Origin: a bacterium
GTDB taxonomy: Bacteria > UBA8248 > JACPRG01 > G963555815
Assembly: GCA_965218795.1 (NCBI GenBank)
Contig: OZ244653.1
Span: 1,056,001-1,120,000, forward strand
Reading direction: 5' to 3'
Length of the DNA: 64,000 bases
Below, piece by piece: positions 9,968 through 20,088 of the stretch (position 1 is the stretch's first letter; the number at the start of each line of letters is the position of its first letter). The translations under genes and the position numbers were made by a program. The notes beneath the pieces are model-generated. The model was given only the letters and a program-made list of their open reading frames with translations, was not told the DNA's origin and did not search any database.

Positions 9968-9993
9968 GTCATTCCTGCGCAGGCAGGAATCCA
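9968..9993 (+). repeat. REP-like palindrome
   Basis: gtcattcctgcgcaggcaggaatcca. Confidence 0.75.
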
Positions 9994-10053
9994 CTGTGGC
10001 TCTTGAGTCTGTGACTCTGCCGGCGGCCCGGTTCTGGACTGAAAAACCCTGAC

Positions 10054-13000
10054 ATGGCATTAGCCGGATTTCACCCAATCGTCGCATCCTGGTTCGAGGA
10101 AACCTTCGGCGCGCCCACGATGCCCCAAGCCGAAGGCTGGCCGGAGGTCATGTCCGGCCGGGATACCCTCATCGCCGCCCCCACCGGCTCGGGAAAAACC
10201 CTCGCCGCGTTCATGTGGTCCATCAACCGCCTCATTCAATCAGGGGCCGAGGGCGCCATCGAAGACAGCACGAAGGTGGTCTACGTCTCTCCGCTCAAGG
10301 CGCTCGGCAACGATATCCAGAAAAACCTCCAGGCCCCGTTGCAGGAAATCCAAAAGCGCGCGCAATCATCCGGGATCTCCTTCCCCGAGATCAACGTGAT
10401 GGTCCGGTCAGGGGACACCCCGGCGAAGGAGCGCGAGCGGATGGTCCGCCGCAACCCGCACATCCTGATCACGACGCCCGAATCCCTTTACATCCTGCTT
10501 ACGGCCGAGCGCAGCCGGAGGATGCTGCAGGCGGCCGAGACGGTCATCGTGGATGAGATCCATGCCGTCGCCGGCGACAAGCGTGGCGCGCACCTTGCGC
10601 TTTCCCTCGAACGGCTCGACGCCCTCTGCGGCCGAAAGGTTCAGCGGATCGGACTGAGCGCCACGCAAAAGCCCATCGAGACCGTTGCGCGGCTTCTGGT
10701 CGGCAACGGGCGGTTGAGAGAGGACGGCGGGCCCGCGTGCGCCATCGTCGACGCGGGAAGCCACCGGAAGCTGGACCTCTCCATCGAGATCCCCGACCAG
10801 GAGCTCGGGCCCATCGCCACGCATGAGCTCTGGTCGAACGTGTACGACCGTGTCTCGGATCTCGTCGAGAGCCACCGGGCGACGATCGTCTTCGTGAACA
10901 CCCGCCGCCTCGTGGAGCGCGTCGCCCATCACCTCGAGGATCGGCTGGGCGAGGACCGCGTGGCCGCCCATCACGGGAGTCTCTCGAGGTCCATCCGGCT
11001 CACGGCGGAACAGGGGCTCAAGAACGGAGACATTCCCGTCATTGTGGCTACGGCCTCGCTCGAGCTCGGAATCGACGTGGGACACGTGGATCTGGTCTGC
11101 CACCTGGGCGCGTCCCGCTCGCTGGCCAACCTGTTGCAGCGGGTGGGCCGGGCCGGGCACTGGCTCGGCGCGATCCCCAAGGGCATCCTCTTCCCCATGA
11201 CCCGCGACGAGCTGCTCCAGTGCGCCGCGGCGGTCCGCGCGGTGCGCCGGGGGGGGCTGGACCGCGTCATCATGCAGCAGAAACCCCTCGACATCCTCGC
11301 CCAGCAGATGGTGGCCACGGCCGCGGCAGAGGATGTGGGGGAAACCGAGCTTCTCGAAATGGTCCGCCGCGCCTTTCCGTACCGGAACCTGGAAGATCGG
11401 GAATGGCATGAAGTCCTCTGCATGTTGTCCGAGGGAATCTCCACCAGGACGGGCCGCCGAAGCGCTCACCTTCACCATGACCGGGTGAACGGGCGGATCA
11501 AGGGCCGGCGCGGCGCGCGCCTCGCCGCGATCACTTCCGGCGGCGCGATCCCCGATACGGCGGATTACGACGTCATCGAGGAGCCCGCGGAAACATTCGT
11601 CGGCCGCCTCAATGAAGATTTCGCCATCGAGAGCCTGGCCGGCGACATCTTCCTCCTGGGCAACCAATCCTGGCGGATCCGGCGGGTCGAGTCGGGCAAG
11701 GTCCGGGTGGAAGACGCCCGCGGAGCCCCGCCGAACATCCCCTTCTGGCTCGGGGAGGCCCCTTCCCGCACCGAAGAGCTGTCCGAGGCGGTTTCGGACT
11801 TGCGCGAGGAAATCGCGGGACGAATCCGCAAATCGGCCGATGGGAAGTCCGCGGCCCGGTGGCTCACCAGGGAATGCGGCCTCGATGAGGACGGGGCCGG
11901 TCAGGCGGTCGCCTATGTCCGGGATACGCTCGCCGTTCTGGGAACCGTCCCGACCGGGCAGGAGATCGTCGCCGAGCGGTTCTTCGACGAATCGGGCGGC
12001 ATGCAACTCGTCCTGCACACCCCGTTCGGAGGACGCATCAACCGGGCCTGGGGGCTGGCCCTGCGAAAAAATTTCTGCCTGAACTTCGATTTCGAGCTGC
12101 AGGCGGCCTCCACGGATGACGGGATCGTCCTTTCCCTTCTGGAGCAGCACAGTTTTCCGCTGGAATCCATCTTCGGGTTCGTCCGCGCCTCCCGGCTGAA
12201 GAAAGACCTGACGCAGGCGACCCTTCAATCCCCGATGTTCACCAACCGGTGGCGCTGGAACGCCACGCGGGCTCTCGCCGTCCTCCGCCACAACGGCGGG
12301 AAAAAGGTCCCGATGGCGATACAGCGAATGCGGGCCGAAGACCTTCTGGGCGCCGTGTTCCCCGACCAGCTCGGCTGCCAGGACAACTACTCCGGTCCCA
12401 TCACGCCCCCGGACCACCCCCTGGTGAACGAAACGCTGGACAACTGCCTCCGCGAGGCCATGGACATCGAGGGCCTGGAATCGATCCTGAACAAAATCGA
12501 ACGGGGAGAGATCCGGACGACGGCCCGGGAGACGCCCGCGCCCTCCCCCATGTCCCACGAGATCCTCAACGCGAATCCCTACGCCTTTCTGGACGACGCC
12601 CCGCTGGAAGAGCGACGCGCCCGCGCGGTTTCACTCCGGCGCGTCGTCCCGGAGCTGGAGGACGGCATCGGCGCCCTCGACCCGGAGGCCATCCGCGAGA
12701 CGCGGGCCCAGGCCTGGCCCGACGTGCGGGATCCCGATGAGCTTCACGATGTCCTCCTCTCCTGGATCATCCTGCCCGCCTCCGAAGCGGCCGATTGGGC
12801 GGAGTTCGCGGATCAGCTCAAGACCGCGGGGCGCGCCGCCTCCATCCAATGGACGTCCCCGGACGGCGCTTCGCTCGATGGGTTCGTCGCGACCGAACGG
12901 GTGGGGACGGCTCGCGCGGGGATTTCCGGATTGACCATCCAGGGGAAACTGCCGGACGCGGCCCGCGCGGCCACGGAAGAAGACGACGAAGGGGAGGAAG

Positions 13001-14481
13001 AGGCGTACCGGAAAATCGTTCAGGGATGGATGGAGTGTACCGGACCGATCACCGTCGAACGGCTTGCCGCCCGCCTGGGATTGGACGCGACCCCCGTCAA
13101 GATTGCCATGGCCGCCCTGGAGGGCCGGGGCGCCGTGCTCCAGGGACGCTTCTCCCCCGGTCTCCCGGACGGCGCCATCGAATGGTGCGACCGGCGGCTG
13201 CTGTCCCGGATCCACAAGATGACCCTGGGAAGGCTCCGCCGCGAGATTGAGCCGGTCACGGCGGCCGATCTCATGCGGTTTCAATTCCGGTGGCACCACG
13301 TCCACAACGGCGCCCGGCTGCACGGGCGCGACGGCCTGCTTCAGGTGATTCGACAGCTTCAAGGTCTGGAGATAGCTTTCCCCGCGTGGGAGCAGAACGT
13401 GCTCCCTTCCCGCATCGAGGATTACGACCCTCAGGATCTGGATTCTCTCTGCCTTTCGGGAATCGTTGCGTGGGGCCGCATCCAACCGGACCCCGAGGTC
13501 GCCGAAAAAAGCGTCCTGGGCGAAGCCCTCCCCCGAAACGGCCGCCGGAAGCCGGGCACACCCTCGCGACAGACTCCTCTCGCCTTCATGCTCAGGGAAG
13601 ACCTGCCGGATATCCTGAAATTCGGGCCGCTCGCAGGGATCGATGTCGAAGGCATGGCCCACGTCACGCGGGACGTCTACCAATTCCTGGCGCGACGCGG
13701 CGCCTCTTTCCTGACGGATATTGCCAGGGAAACGGGCCACCTGAAATCGTCGGTGGAGGAGGCTTTGTGGGAGCTGGTTTCGCGGGGGCTCGCCACGGGA
13801 GACGGGGTCGCCGGCCTGCGGACCCTCCTCCAGAGCGATACGGAACGAAAATCGAGTACGCGAAAGTTCAGCTCCGTTCGAGGGAGGAAGGGGTCGGAAC
13901 GGTTCATGCCGACCGGCCGGTGGTCTCTGTGGGCGAACGGCGCATACCCATCCCGGCCGAAGTCCGAGCGACTGGAAATCCTCGCCCGTCGGCTCCTCCA
14001 TCGCTATGGCGTATTTTTCCGGGACCTCCTCGCCAGAGAGACCCATGGAGCCCCCTGGCGGGAGCTGTTGGGCGTCTTTCGCAAATTGGAGGCCAGGGGC
14101 GAGATTCGTGGCGGCCGGTTCGTCAGCGGATTTGTCGGGGAGCAGTTCGCCCTGCCCGAGGCCGTCGAGACGCTCAGGGCGGTGCGCCGGGATCGGGAAC
14201 CGGAGGAACCGGTTGTGATTGCGGCCTCGGATCCGCTCAACCTCGTGGGGATTATCACGCCGGGGGCGAGGATCTCGCCGCTGTCAAGGCAGGTAATCGC
14301 GTATCAAAACGGGGTTCAGGTGGACGCCGGCCCGCTGGGAGAGGTTCGGAGCCGTCTTGAAAACCGGGAGCGCGTCTCCCGGGGGCCTTCATCAGCGCTT
14401 CCTGAAGATTTTTCCAGGGGGTCGGAGTCATTGCCGGAGACCGCGGGAATTCCTCGAGCTCTCCTTCGAGTGCGGGAATGA
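10054..14481 (+). CDS. lhr: Lhr-family ATP-dependent helicase, full-length with C-terminal domain
   Basis: APTGSGKT, SPLKAL, TTPES, VDEIH, LSAT, AHHGSLS, ATASLELGID, QRVGRAGH. C-terminal RYG...GEIRGGRFVSGFVGEQFALPEA. 1475 aa. Confidence 0.93.
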   Translation: MALAGFHPIVASWFEETFGAPTMPQAEGWPEVMSGRDTLIAAPTGSGKTLAAFMWSINRLIQSGAEGAIEDSTKVVYVSPLKALGNDIQKNLQAPLQEIQKRAQSSGISFPEINVMVRSGDTPAKERERMVRRNPHILITTPESLYILLTAERSRRMLQAAETVIVDEIHAVAGDKRGAHLALSLERLDALCGRKVQRIGLSATQKPIETVARLLVGNGRLREDGGPACAIVDAGSHRKLDLSIEIPDQELGPIATHELWSNVYDRVSDLVESHRATIVFVNTRRLVERVAHHLEDRLGEDRVAAHHGSLSRSIRLTAEQGLKNGDIPVIVATASLELGIDVGHVDLVCHLGASRSLANLLQRVGRAGHWLGAIPKGILFPMTRDELLQCAAAVRAVRRGGLDRVIMQQKPLDILAQQMVATAAAEDVGETELLEMVRRAFPYRNLEDREWHEVLCMLSEGISTRTGRRSAHLHHDRVNGRIKGRRGARLAAITSGGAIPDTADYDVIEEPAETFVGRLNEDFAIESLAGDIFLLGNQSWRIRRVESGKVRVEDARGAPPNIPFWLGEAPSRTEELSEAVSDLREEIAGRIRKSADGKSAARWLTRECGLDEDGAGQAVAYVRDTLAVLGTVPTGQEIVAERFFDESGGMQLVLHTPFGGRINRAWGLALRKNFCLNFDFELQAASTDDGIVLSLLEQHSFPLESIFGFVRASRLKKDLTQATLQSPMFTNRWRWNATRALAVLRHNGGKKVPMAIQRMRAEDLLGAVFPDQLGCQDNYSGPITPPDHPLVNETLDNCLREAMDIEGLESILNKIERGEIRTTARETPAPSPMSHEILNANPYAFLDDAPLEERRARAVSLRRVVPELEDGIGALDPEAIRETRAQAWPDVRDPDELHDVLLSWIILPASEAADWAEFADQLKTAGRAASIQWTSPDGASLDGFVATERVGTARAGISGLTIQGKLPDAARAATEEDDEGEEEAYRKIVQGWMECTGPITVERLAARLGLDATPVKIAMAALEGRGAVLQGRFSPGLPDGAIEWCDRRLLSRIHKMTLGRLRREIEPVTAADLMRFQFRWHHVHNGARLHGRDGLLQVIRQLQGLEIAFPAWEQNVLPSRIEDYDPQDLDSLCLSGIVAWGRIQPDPEVAEKSVLGEALPRNGRRKPGTPSRQTPLAFMLREDLPDILKFGPLAGIDVEGMAHVTRDVYQFLARRGASFLTDIARETGHLKSSVEEALWELVSRGLATGDGVAGLRTLLQSDTERKSSTRKFSSVRGRKGSERFMPTGRWSLWANGAYPSRPKSERLEILARRLLHRYGVFFRDLLARETHGAPWRELLGVFRKLEARGEIRGGRFVSGFVGEQFALPEAVETLRAVRRDREPEEPVVIAASDPLNLVGIITPGARISPLSRQVIAYQNGVQVDAGPLGEVRSRLENRERVSRGPSSALPEDFSRGSESLPETAGIPRALLRVRE

Positions 14482-14625
14482 GGGGTTGGGGAGTCGGGCA
14501 ATCGCCCGCGCGTGTCTTCGGGCAATCCCCCCACAACCCACGATACAGATGCCCGCAGGAATACGGGAATGCTCAGTCACGAGAAATTGCCCTTCTCGGC
14601 ATCAGCAAATATGAAAAGAAATGAT

Positions 14626-14961
14626 TCAGGTGTCTTGCGTGAGGTAATCACCGAGCATCCCTCTGGAATGCTCATCGTCATGACAATCGATGCAGAGATT
14701 CTCCCAGTTGCTGCCGTCTGCGGGATTATTCCTGGGGTCGCCGTCCTTATGATGGACTGTCAGGAGGTGAAGAGTGGAGCGATCGAATTCCCGGCCGCAC
14801 TTCGCGCAGATCCATCCGTGAATCGCCAAGGATCGCTCACGGTACCCAGCCGATTTGCCGGATTTCGTATCGCGGATGAAGCCACGGACTTCTTCCGAGT
14901 TGATATCCGTCTTGAAGGGGCCCCTCCCCCTCCTTCTTTTCCTGAATCCCGGACCTGACAT
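14626..14961 (-). CDS. yajD: YajD-family HNH nuclease
   Basis: YRERSL...WICAKCGREF...LTVHHKDGDPRNNPADGSNWENLCIDCHDDEHSR. Confidence 0.85.
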   Translation of the reverse strand: MSGPGFRKRRRGRGPFKTDINSEEVRGFIRDTKSGKSAGYRERSLAIHGWICAKCGREFDRSTLHLLTVHHKDGDPRNNPADGSNWENLCIDCHDDEHSRGMLGDYLTQDT

Positions 14962-14986
14962 TATATATTCCAATCAAATTGTTTAA

Positions 14987-14999
14987 AATCAAATGGTTA
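14987..14999. promoter_or_regulatory. IHF-consensus site in AT-rich spacer
   Basis: AATCAAATGGTTA matches WATCAANNNNTTR. Confidence 0.4.
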
Positions 15000-15039
15000 T
15001 ATAAAACTATCTAATGATTCGATTTAATTATTTTTTGCG

Positions 15040-15441
15040 CTAATGCGGCCCTGTCTTCGGCCTGTTCATTGGCAGGCTCTCCAAAATCGCCTGCGCGGAA
15101 TCCTCGACCGCACCCTCATCAGATGGCCCCTCCGGAAGCAGCAAACGCTCGACCACCTCACCGCCGACAATGTGTCTTTCCACAATCTCCCTCGCGTCAT
15201 CCGGGCTCCCAACCCAGTACCAGACGCCCTCCGGGTAGACCACAACGGTTGGACCCAACTCACAGTGGTCAAGGCAACCCGCTTTGTTGGCCCGGACGAT
15301 GCCTTTGAGACCATACCGCTCGATTTCCTCTTTGAACACGGCCCGCAAGCCTTTTGCGCCCCGGTCCATACAGCAACCCCTTGGATCGCTCGCGTCACGC
15401 TGGTTTTCGCAAACAAAAATATGGTGTTTGAATCCCGGCAT
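15040..15441 (-). CDS. Thioredoxin-like [2Fe-2S] ferredoxin
   Basis: HIFVCENQR, RGCC, RANKAGCLDHCELGP, VVYPEGVWY. Confidence 0.9.
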   Translation of the reverse strand: MPGFKHHIFVCENQRDASDPRGCCMDRGAKGLRAVFKEEIERYGLKGIVRANKAGCLDHCELGPTVVVYPEGVWYWVGSPDDAREIVERHIVGGEVVERLLLPEGPSDEGAVEDSAQAILESLPMNRPKTGPH

Positions 15442-15633
15442 TTCTCACACGTCCTCCCGATTCCCATCAGGAGTATATCACAGGCGAATCGGCGCTCTTG
15501 GGTCATGAGCCGCGCTGGATTTCCGCGTCGAGAATAACAATTCACAGCCCAGGCTGGTGTGAATTCATTCGGATGAGCAATGAGGTGAATATTGCGAATT
15601 CGATGCCTGATCAACACAAGGGGTCATGGTTTT

Positions 15634-15663
15634 TTGACATTTTCAAAAGCGAATGATTAGAAT
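15634..15663 (+). promoter_or_regulatory. Sigma70-like promoter for the thrC-like operon
   Basis: TTGACA (15634-15639), 18 nt spacer, TAGAAT (15658-15663). Confidence 0.5.
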
Positions 15664-15836
15664 GCGAGGTCTCGCTTGGATGCAATTCTGGCCGGATCGG
15701 CTTGGCACGACGAATCACCCTTGACGATTCTCCGAAACAGCGAGGAATTGCCCCTTTTTCATCCGATGCGGATTGACACGCTTGGCGAATTTGCCGGAAA
15801 CGTCCGCCTCTCCTCTTTGTATTCGAGTCTATTCAC

Positions 15837-17078
15837 GTGAAAAAAATCGATCATCTGGCTTGTGTGACCTGCGGGAAAGGGTACGACGTGGAAGAAGTCC
15901 TCTATGTCTGCCCTGATTGCGGTCTCGATAAGGGAACGCTGGACGTCATGTACGACTATGAAGGAATTCGTTCGCGCTTCAAGAAAGAGGATTTGCGCTC
16001 CAGTCGAGAGGAGTCGCAGTGGCGGTATTGGGAGATTCTTCCGGTCTCTCGGAGGGAATTCGTTCCTCCGCTGCGGATCGGCTGGACGCCTCTTTACCGC
16101 GCGGATCGGCTCGAGAAGGATTTGGGTCTGAGCAACCTCTGGCTCAAAGACGATACGGGAAACCCCTCCGCCTCCCTCAAGGATCGGGCCAGCGTCATGG
16201 CGGCCGTCCGCGCGAAGGAGCTGGGACGAGACGTTGTCGCCGGCGCCTCCACGGGCAACGCGGCGACCTCGATGTCCTGCGTTTCCGCCTATATGGGCCT
16301 CAAGCCCTACATTTTCGTTCCCGAGCGGGCGCCCAAGGCCAAGGTCGCGCAACTGCTCGTCTACGGCGCAACGGTCATCATGGTCCAGGGCAGCTATGAC
16401 CAATGCTTCGGCCTTTGCTGGGAGGCCAGTGAGCGGTGGGGTTGGTACAGCCGGAACACCGCCGTCAATCCCTTCCTGAGCGAAGGGAAAAAGACCGCTT
16501 CCCTGGAAATCTGCGAGCAGCTGGACTGGCAGGTTCCCGACAAGGTCTTCTGCTCCGTGGGCGACGGCTGCATCTTCGGCGGGCTTCACAAGGGGTTCCG
16601 GGACTTCCGCGAGTTGGGATTTATCGACAGGATTCCCCAGTTGATCGGTGTGCAGGCGGAGGGCTCGGCGGTCCTCCATGAGGCGTTCGAAAACGGGTGG
16701 GATGAAATCCGGCCCCAGGAGGCCGACACCATCGCCGACAGCATCTGCGTCGGACACCCCCGTGATTGGGTGAAGGCGCTCAGGGCCGTTCGGGAAACGG
16801 GCGGAAGGTACGTCGCCGTCTCCGACGATGAAATCCTCGCCGCGCAAAGCCGGATGGCGCGCGCGACCGGAGTCTTCGGAGAGCCCGCCGGCGTGACGGC
16901 CTTGGCCGGCGTCATCAAAATGAAAGAGGCGGGAGAGTTGGATCCGGACGAGCGGATCGTCGCGCTGGTCACCGGGCACGGGTTGAAGGACATCGAATCC
17001 GCCATGAAGGGGGTCGATGCCTCACCGACGATGGTGAAGCCCGACATCGAAGACATCGCCGCCAAGCTGGGGATGTAG
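15837..17078 (+). CDS. thrC: Threonine synthase-like PLP enzyme (fold type II, N-terminal Zn ribbon)
   Basis: CVTCG..CPDCG, GWTPL, NPSASLKDR (PLP Lys), ASTGN, EGKKT, TIADSI, GEPAG, VTGHGLKD. Confidence 0.8.
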   Translation: MKKIDHLACVTCGKGYDVEEVLYVCPDCGLDKGTLDVMYDYEGIRSRFKKEDLRSSREESQWRYWEILPVSRREFVPPLRIGWTPLYRADRLEKDLGLSNLWLKDDTGNPSASLKDRASVMAAVRAKELGRDVVAGASTGNAATSMSCVSAYMGLKPYIFVPERAPKAKVAQLLVYGATVIMVQGSYDQCFGLCWEASERWGWYSRNTAVNPFLSEGKKTASLEICEQLDWQVPDKVFCSVGDGCIFGGLHKGFRDFRELGFIDRIPQLIGVQAEGSAVLHEAFENGWDEIRPQEADTIADSICVGHPRDWVKALRAVRETGGRYVAVSDDEILAAQSRMARATGVFGEPAGVTALAGVIKMKEAGELDPDERIVALVTGHGLKDIESAMKGVDASPTMVKPDIEDIAAKLGM

Positions 17079-17173
17079 AACGGAGATTGCCGGCCGTCGC
17101 GGAAGGGACTGATGATTTGCTTTCGAACGGATTGACATGAAACGGAATGGATTGCCACAAGGAGAGAAAAAGG

Positions 17174-18226
17174 ATGATTGAGCGAAAGCCTTGGGATTCA
17201 CGAAAGCGCACCTGCGACTCCATGTTCGAGGCCATCGGAAATACCCCGCTGGTCCGCTTGAACAAGATTCCAGCCGAGATGAGCGCCGACATTTATTGCA
17301 AGATCGAGTGGTTCAGCCCCACCGGAAGCCTGAAAGACCGCATTTACTACAACATGATCACCGAAGCCATTGCGCGCGGCGATCTTAAGCCCGGGATAAC
17401 CATCCTGGAATGCTCGACGGGAAACGCGGGAACGGCCTGCGCGTGGGTGGCGACACTCATGGGGTATCCCTGCATCATCACGATGCCCGTGGGGATGAGC
17501 GATGAGCGAAAAAAGCTGATGAAGGCCTACGGGGCCGAGCTGGTCTTTACCCCTGGAGGGGAGAGCGACGTCGACCTGGCCCTGGAGAAGGCATACGAGA
17601 TCAAGGCCGAGGACCCCGGCAAATACTGGGTCCCCAACCAATTCGACAACAATGACAACGTGACTGCCCATTACATCACGACCGGGCCCGAGATATGGGA
17701 ACAGACCGAGGGAAAGATCGAGGCCCTCGTCGGAACCCAGGGAAGCGGGGGCGGGATTACCGGCATCGCCAAATACCTTCAGGAGCAAAAATCGGATGTC
17801 CAGTTGTGGGCCGTCGAACCCGAGGAATGCGCACTGCTTGCCGACCGGCGCTGGGGGCCGCATGGCATCGAGGGAATCGGTGACGGCCTGGTTCCGCGCA
17901 ACCTGCATTTGGAACACGTCACGGGCATCATTACGGCTCATACCGACGAGTCTGTCGAAATGGGCAGGCGGTTGGCGCGGGAAGAAGGGATCTTCTGCGG
18001 CATCTCATCGGGCGCCAACGTCGCCGCGGCCATGAAGCTCGCCCGGAACCATCCGGAGATTGGCTACATTGTCGTCATGACGAACGATACGGGCCAACGA
18101 TACTTTTCCACGGCTCTGTGCGGTGAAGAAAAGCACGTGGACGTTCCCGAGCGCGAACACCCACTGGACGATTACACGGTCGCCGAGTTGGACAAATACC
18201 AGGCAAGCTGGGAGATTATTCGTTAG
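17174..18226 (+). CDS. Cysteine synthase-family PLP enzyme (divergent)
   Basis: IGNTPLVRL, SPTGSLKDR, NQFDN, HGIEGIG, EEGIFCGISSGA, NDTGQRYFST. Confidence 0.85.
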   Translation: MIERKPWDSRKRTCDSMFEAIGNTPLVRLNKIPAEMSADIYCKIEWFSPTGSLKDRIYYNMITEAIARGDLKPGITILECSTGNAGTACAWVATLMGYPCIITMPVGMSDERKKLMKAYGAELVFTPGGESDVDLALEKAYEIKAEDPGKYWVPNQFDNNDNVTAHYITTGPEIWEQTEGKIEALVGTQGSGGGITGIAKYLQEQKSDVQLWAVEPEECALLADRRWGPHGIEGIGDGLVPRNLHLEHVTGIITAHTDESVEMGRRLAREEGIFCGISSGANVAAAMKLARNHPEIGYIVVMTNDTGQRYFSTALCGEEKHVDVPEREHPLDDYTVAELDKYQASWEIIR

Positions 18227-18246
18227 ACGAAAGGAAAGAGGCGGAC

Positions 18247-19146
18247 ATGAACGCAAAATCGATGCAGCCGGACGTGGTCGACGTCCGGGACGCGATTGAT
18301 ATCCATTTCCATCCCCACCCGGATCTGATCCCGAGAGCATCGGATGATCGCGGCATCGCCGAGCGGGCGAATGAATGCGGGATGCGCGCGCTGGTGCTGA
18401 AGTGCCATTTCGAGTCGACGGTCGGCCGGGCCTATGACGTCAATCAGCAATTCGAGACCATTGACGTATACGGCGGCATTACGCTCAACCGATATACCGG
18501 GGGCATCAACCCGATAGCGGTGGAGACCTCCATCCGGCTCGGCGCCAAGATCATCTGGATGCCGACGGTGGATGCCGATCACCACGCCGCCACCTATGGG
18601 TTCACCGGCGGATACAACACGCAGAAGAGCGGATCGAAGCCGGTCGATCCCCTGTCCATCGTCACCGAGGACGGCAAGCTGACGCAGGACTGCCAGGACG
18701 TCCTGGACGTTTTGGCCCATTACGACTCCGCCGCCCTGGCGACCGGCCACTTCAGCGCCGAGCACGTGGACATCCTGGTCCGGGAGGCGGTGGAGCGGGG
18801 CGTCAAGCGGATCATCCTCCAGCATGTTTACTTCAAGATCCCCGCAATGAAGCACGATCAGGTCAAGGCCCTGACGACCCTGGCCGGCGTGTATGCGGAG
18901 CTGGAATACTGCGGGATCTCGCCCTTCTGGGCTCAGCCCGGACAGACGCTGGACCTGATGCGCGAGGGAATCACAGAAGTCGGGGCAGAGCATTTCATCC
19001 TGATTTCCGACGGCGGCCAGCGCCATAACCCCTTGCCCGCCGACGGCTTGCGGCTCCTCGCCCAGGGATTCTACGAAAAGGGTGTGACACGGGACGATCT
19101 GCGGACCATGATGTGCGTGAACCCCGCCGATGTGTTGCGGATTTAA
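18247..19146 (+). CDS. DUF6282-like TIM-barrel metallo-hydrolase
   Basis: IDIHFHPHPD, LVLKCH, GGITLN..GGINP, IWMPT, LATGH, LISDGGQ. Confidence 0.75.
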   Translation: MNAKSMQPDVVDVRDAIDIHFHPHPDLIPRASDDRGIAERANECGMRALVLKCHFESTVGRAYDVNQQFETIDVYGGITLNRYTGGINPIAVETSIRLGAKIIWMPTVDADHHAATYGFTGGYNTQKSGSKPVDPLSIVTEDGKLTQDCQDVLDVLAHYDSAALATGHFSAEHVDILVREAVERGVKRIILQHVYFKIPAMKHDQVKALTTLAGVYAELEYCGISPFWAQPGQTLDLMREGITEVGAEHFILISDGGQRHNPLPADGLRLLAQGFYEKGVTRDDLRTMMCVNPADVLRI

Positions 19147-19164
19147 TCCCGGGAGGAATTGACA

Positions 19165-19980
19165 ATGACCACGGCAACCGTTCTGAAAGAAGAGCTTCTC
19201 GACCTGTCCCCCCGGGAGATTCGAGCCCTGACCCGCGAAGGCAGGTGGGCCGGCGGGACGGAGGGTCTGGGGAAAGGGTACGCCCAGGCCAATCTGGTTA
19301 TCGTCCCGCAGGAAGCGGCGTTCGATTTTCTCCTGTTCTGCCTGCGAAATCCGAAACCCTGCCCCATCGTCGAAGTGACGGAGCCCGGCTCACCCATGAT
19401 CCGGCAGGTCGCCGAAGAAGCCGACCTGCGGACGGATCTGTCGCGCTATTGCGTCTACCGGCACGGAGAGCTGACGGCCGAAGTGGAAGACATCACGGAC
19501 TACTGGCACGATGACCTTGTGGGCTTCCTCATCGGGTGCAGCTATTCCTTCGAGACCGCCCTGCTGAACGCCAACATCCCGCTCAAGCACATCGAGGAGG
19601 ACAAGGTCGTCTCCCTCTACCAGACCGGTATCCTCTGTGTGCCCGCGGGCCGGTTCGCCGGTCCCATGGTCGTCAGCATGCGGCCAATCAAGCACCATCA
19701 GGTGGTCCGGTCGGTTCAGGTGACCTCCCGTTTCCCGGCCACTCACGGGGCCCCGGTACACATCGGCGATCCGTCGGTCATCGGCATCTCGGATCTCGAT
19801 GACGTCTGCTACGGCACTTGGCGGGCGCCCATCGAGCCCGACGAAACACCCGTTTTCTGGGGTTGCGGGTGCACCCCGCAGGCCGTCGCCCTGGCGTCCA
19901 GTCTGGACTTCATGATCACGCACAAGGCGGGCTATCTGTTCATCACGGATACGCTCTCAGAGGAAATTGCGGCCCTCTAG
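19165..19980 (+). CDS. DUF1445/UPF0317 putative hydro-lyase (D-glutamate cyclase-like), copy 1
   Basis: QANLVI, FCLRNPKPCP, DLRTD, GCSYSFE, MVVSMRP, HGAPVHIG, FWGCGCTPQ, ITHKAG. Confidence 0.9.
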   Translation: MTTATVLKEELLDLSPREIRALTREGRWAGGTEGLGKGYAQANLVIVPQEAAFDFLLFCLRNPKPCPIVEVTEPGSPMIRQVAEEADLRTDLSRYCVYRHGELTAEVEDITDYWHDDLVGFLIGCSYSFETALLNANIPLKHIEEDKVVSLYQTGILCVPAGRFAGPMVVSMRPIKHHQVVRSVQVTSRFPATHGAPVHIGDPSVIGISDLDDVCYGTWRAPIEPDETPVFWGCGCTPQAVALASSLDFMITHKAGYLFITDTLSEEIAAL

Positions 19981-20088
19981 CGGGTGATCCGGGGCATGGG
20001 CGAATCCCCCCCCCGCCGACGCCCCGCTCTACTGCGATGGGATCTGCCCTAAGACGTTTTCGAGATCTGAACCCGGCGGGAGTTTCTG

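Noticed and set aside
9021-9993. Possible CRISPR array from recurring palindromic repeats
   Set aside because: Spacing is irregular, orientations are mixed, copies are dispersed across the window, and no cas genes are present.
10054-14961. Lhr helicase + HNH as a helicase-nuclease defence system
   Set aside because: The genes are convergent, have host-like composition, and belong to widespread housekeeping families.
15664-15836. Riboswitch or attenuator in the thrC-like leader
   Set aside because: No SAM, T-box or other aptamer consensus and no Thr-rich leader peptide recognisable by eye. An Rfam scan would be needed to exclude it.
17132-17160. Internal promoter (TTGACA) before the cysteine synthase-like gene
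   Set aside because: No acceptable -10 element at the proper spacing.
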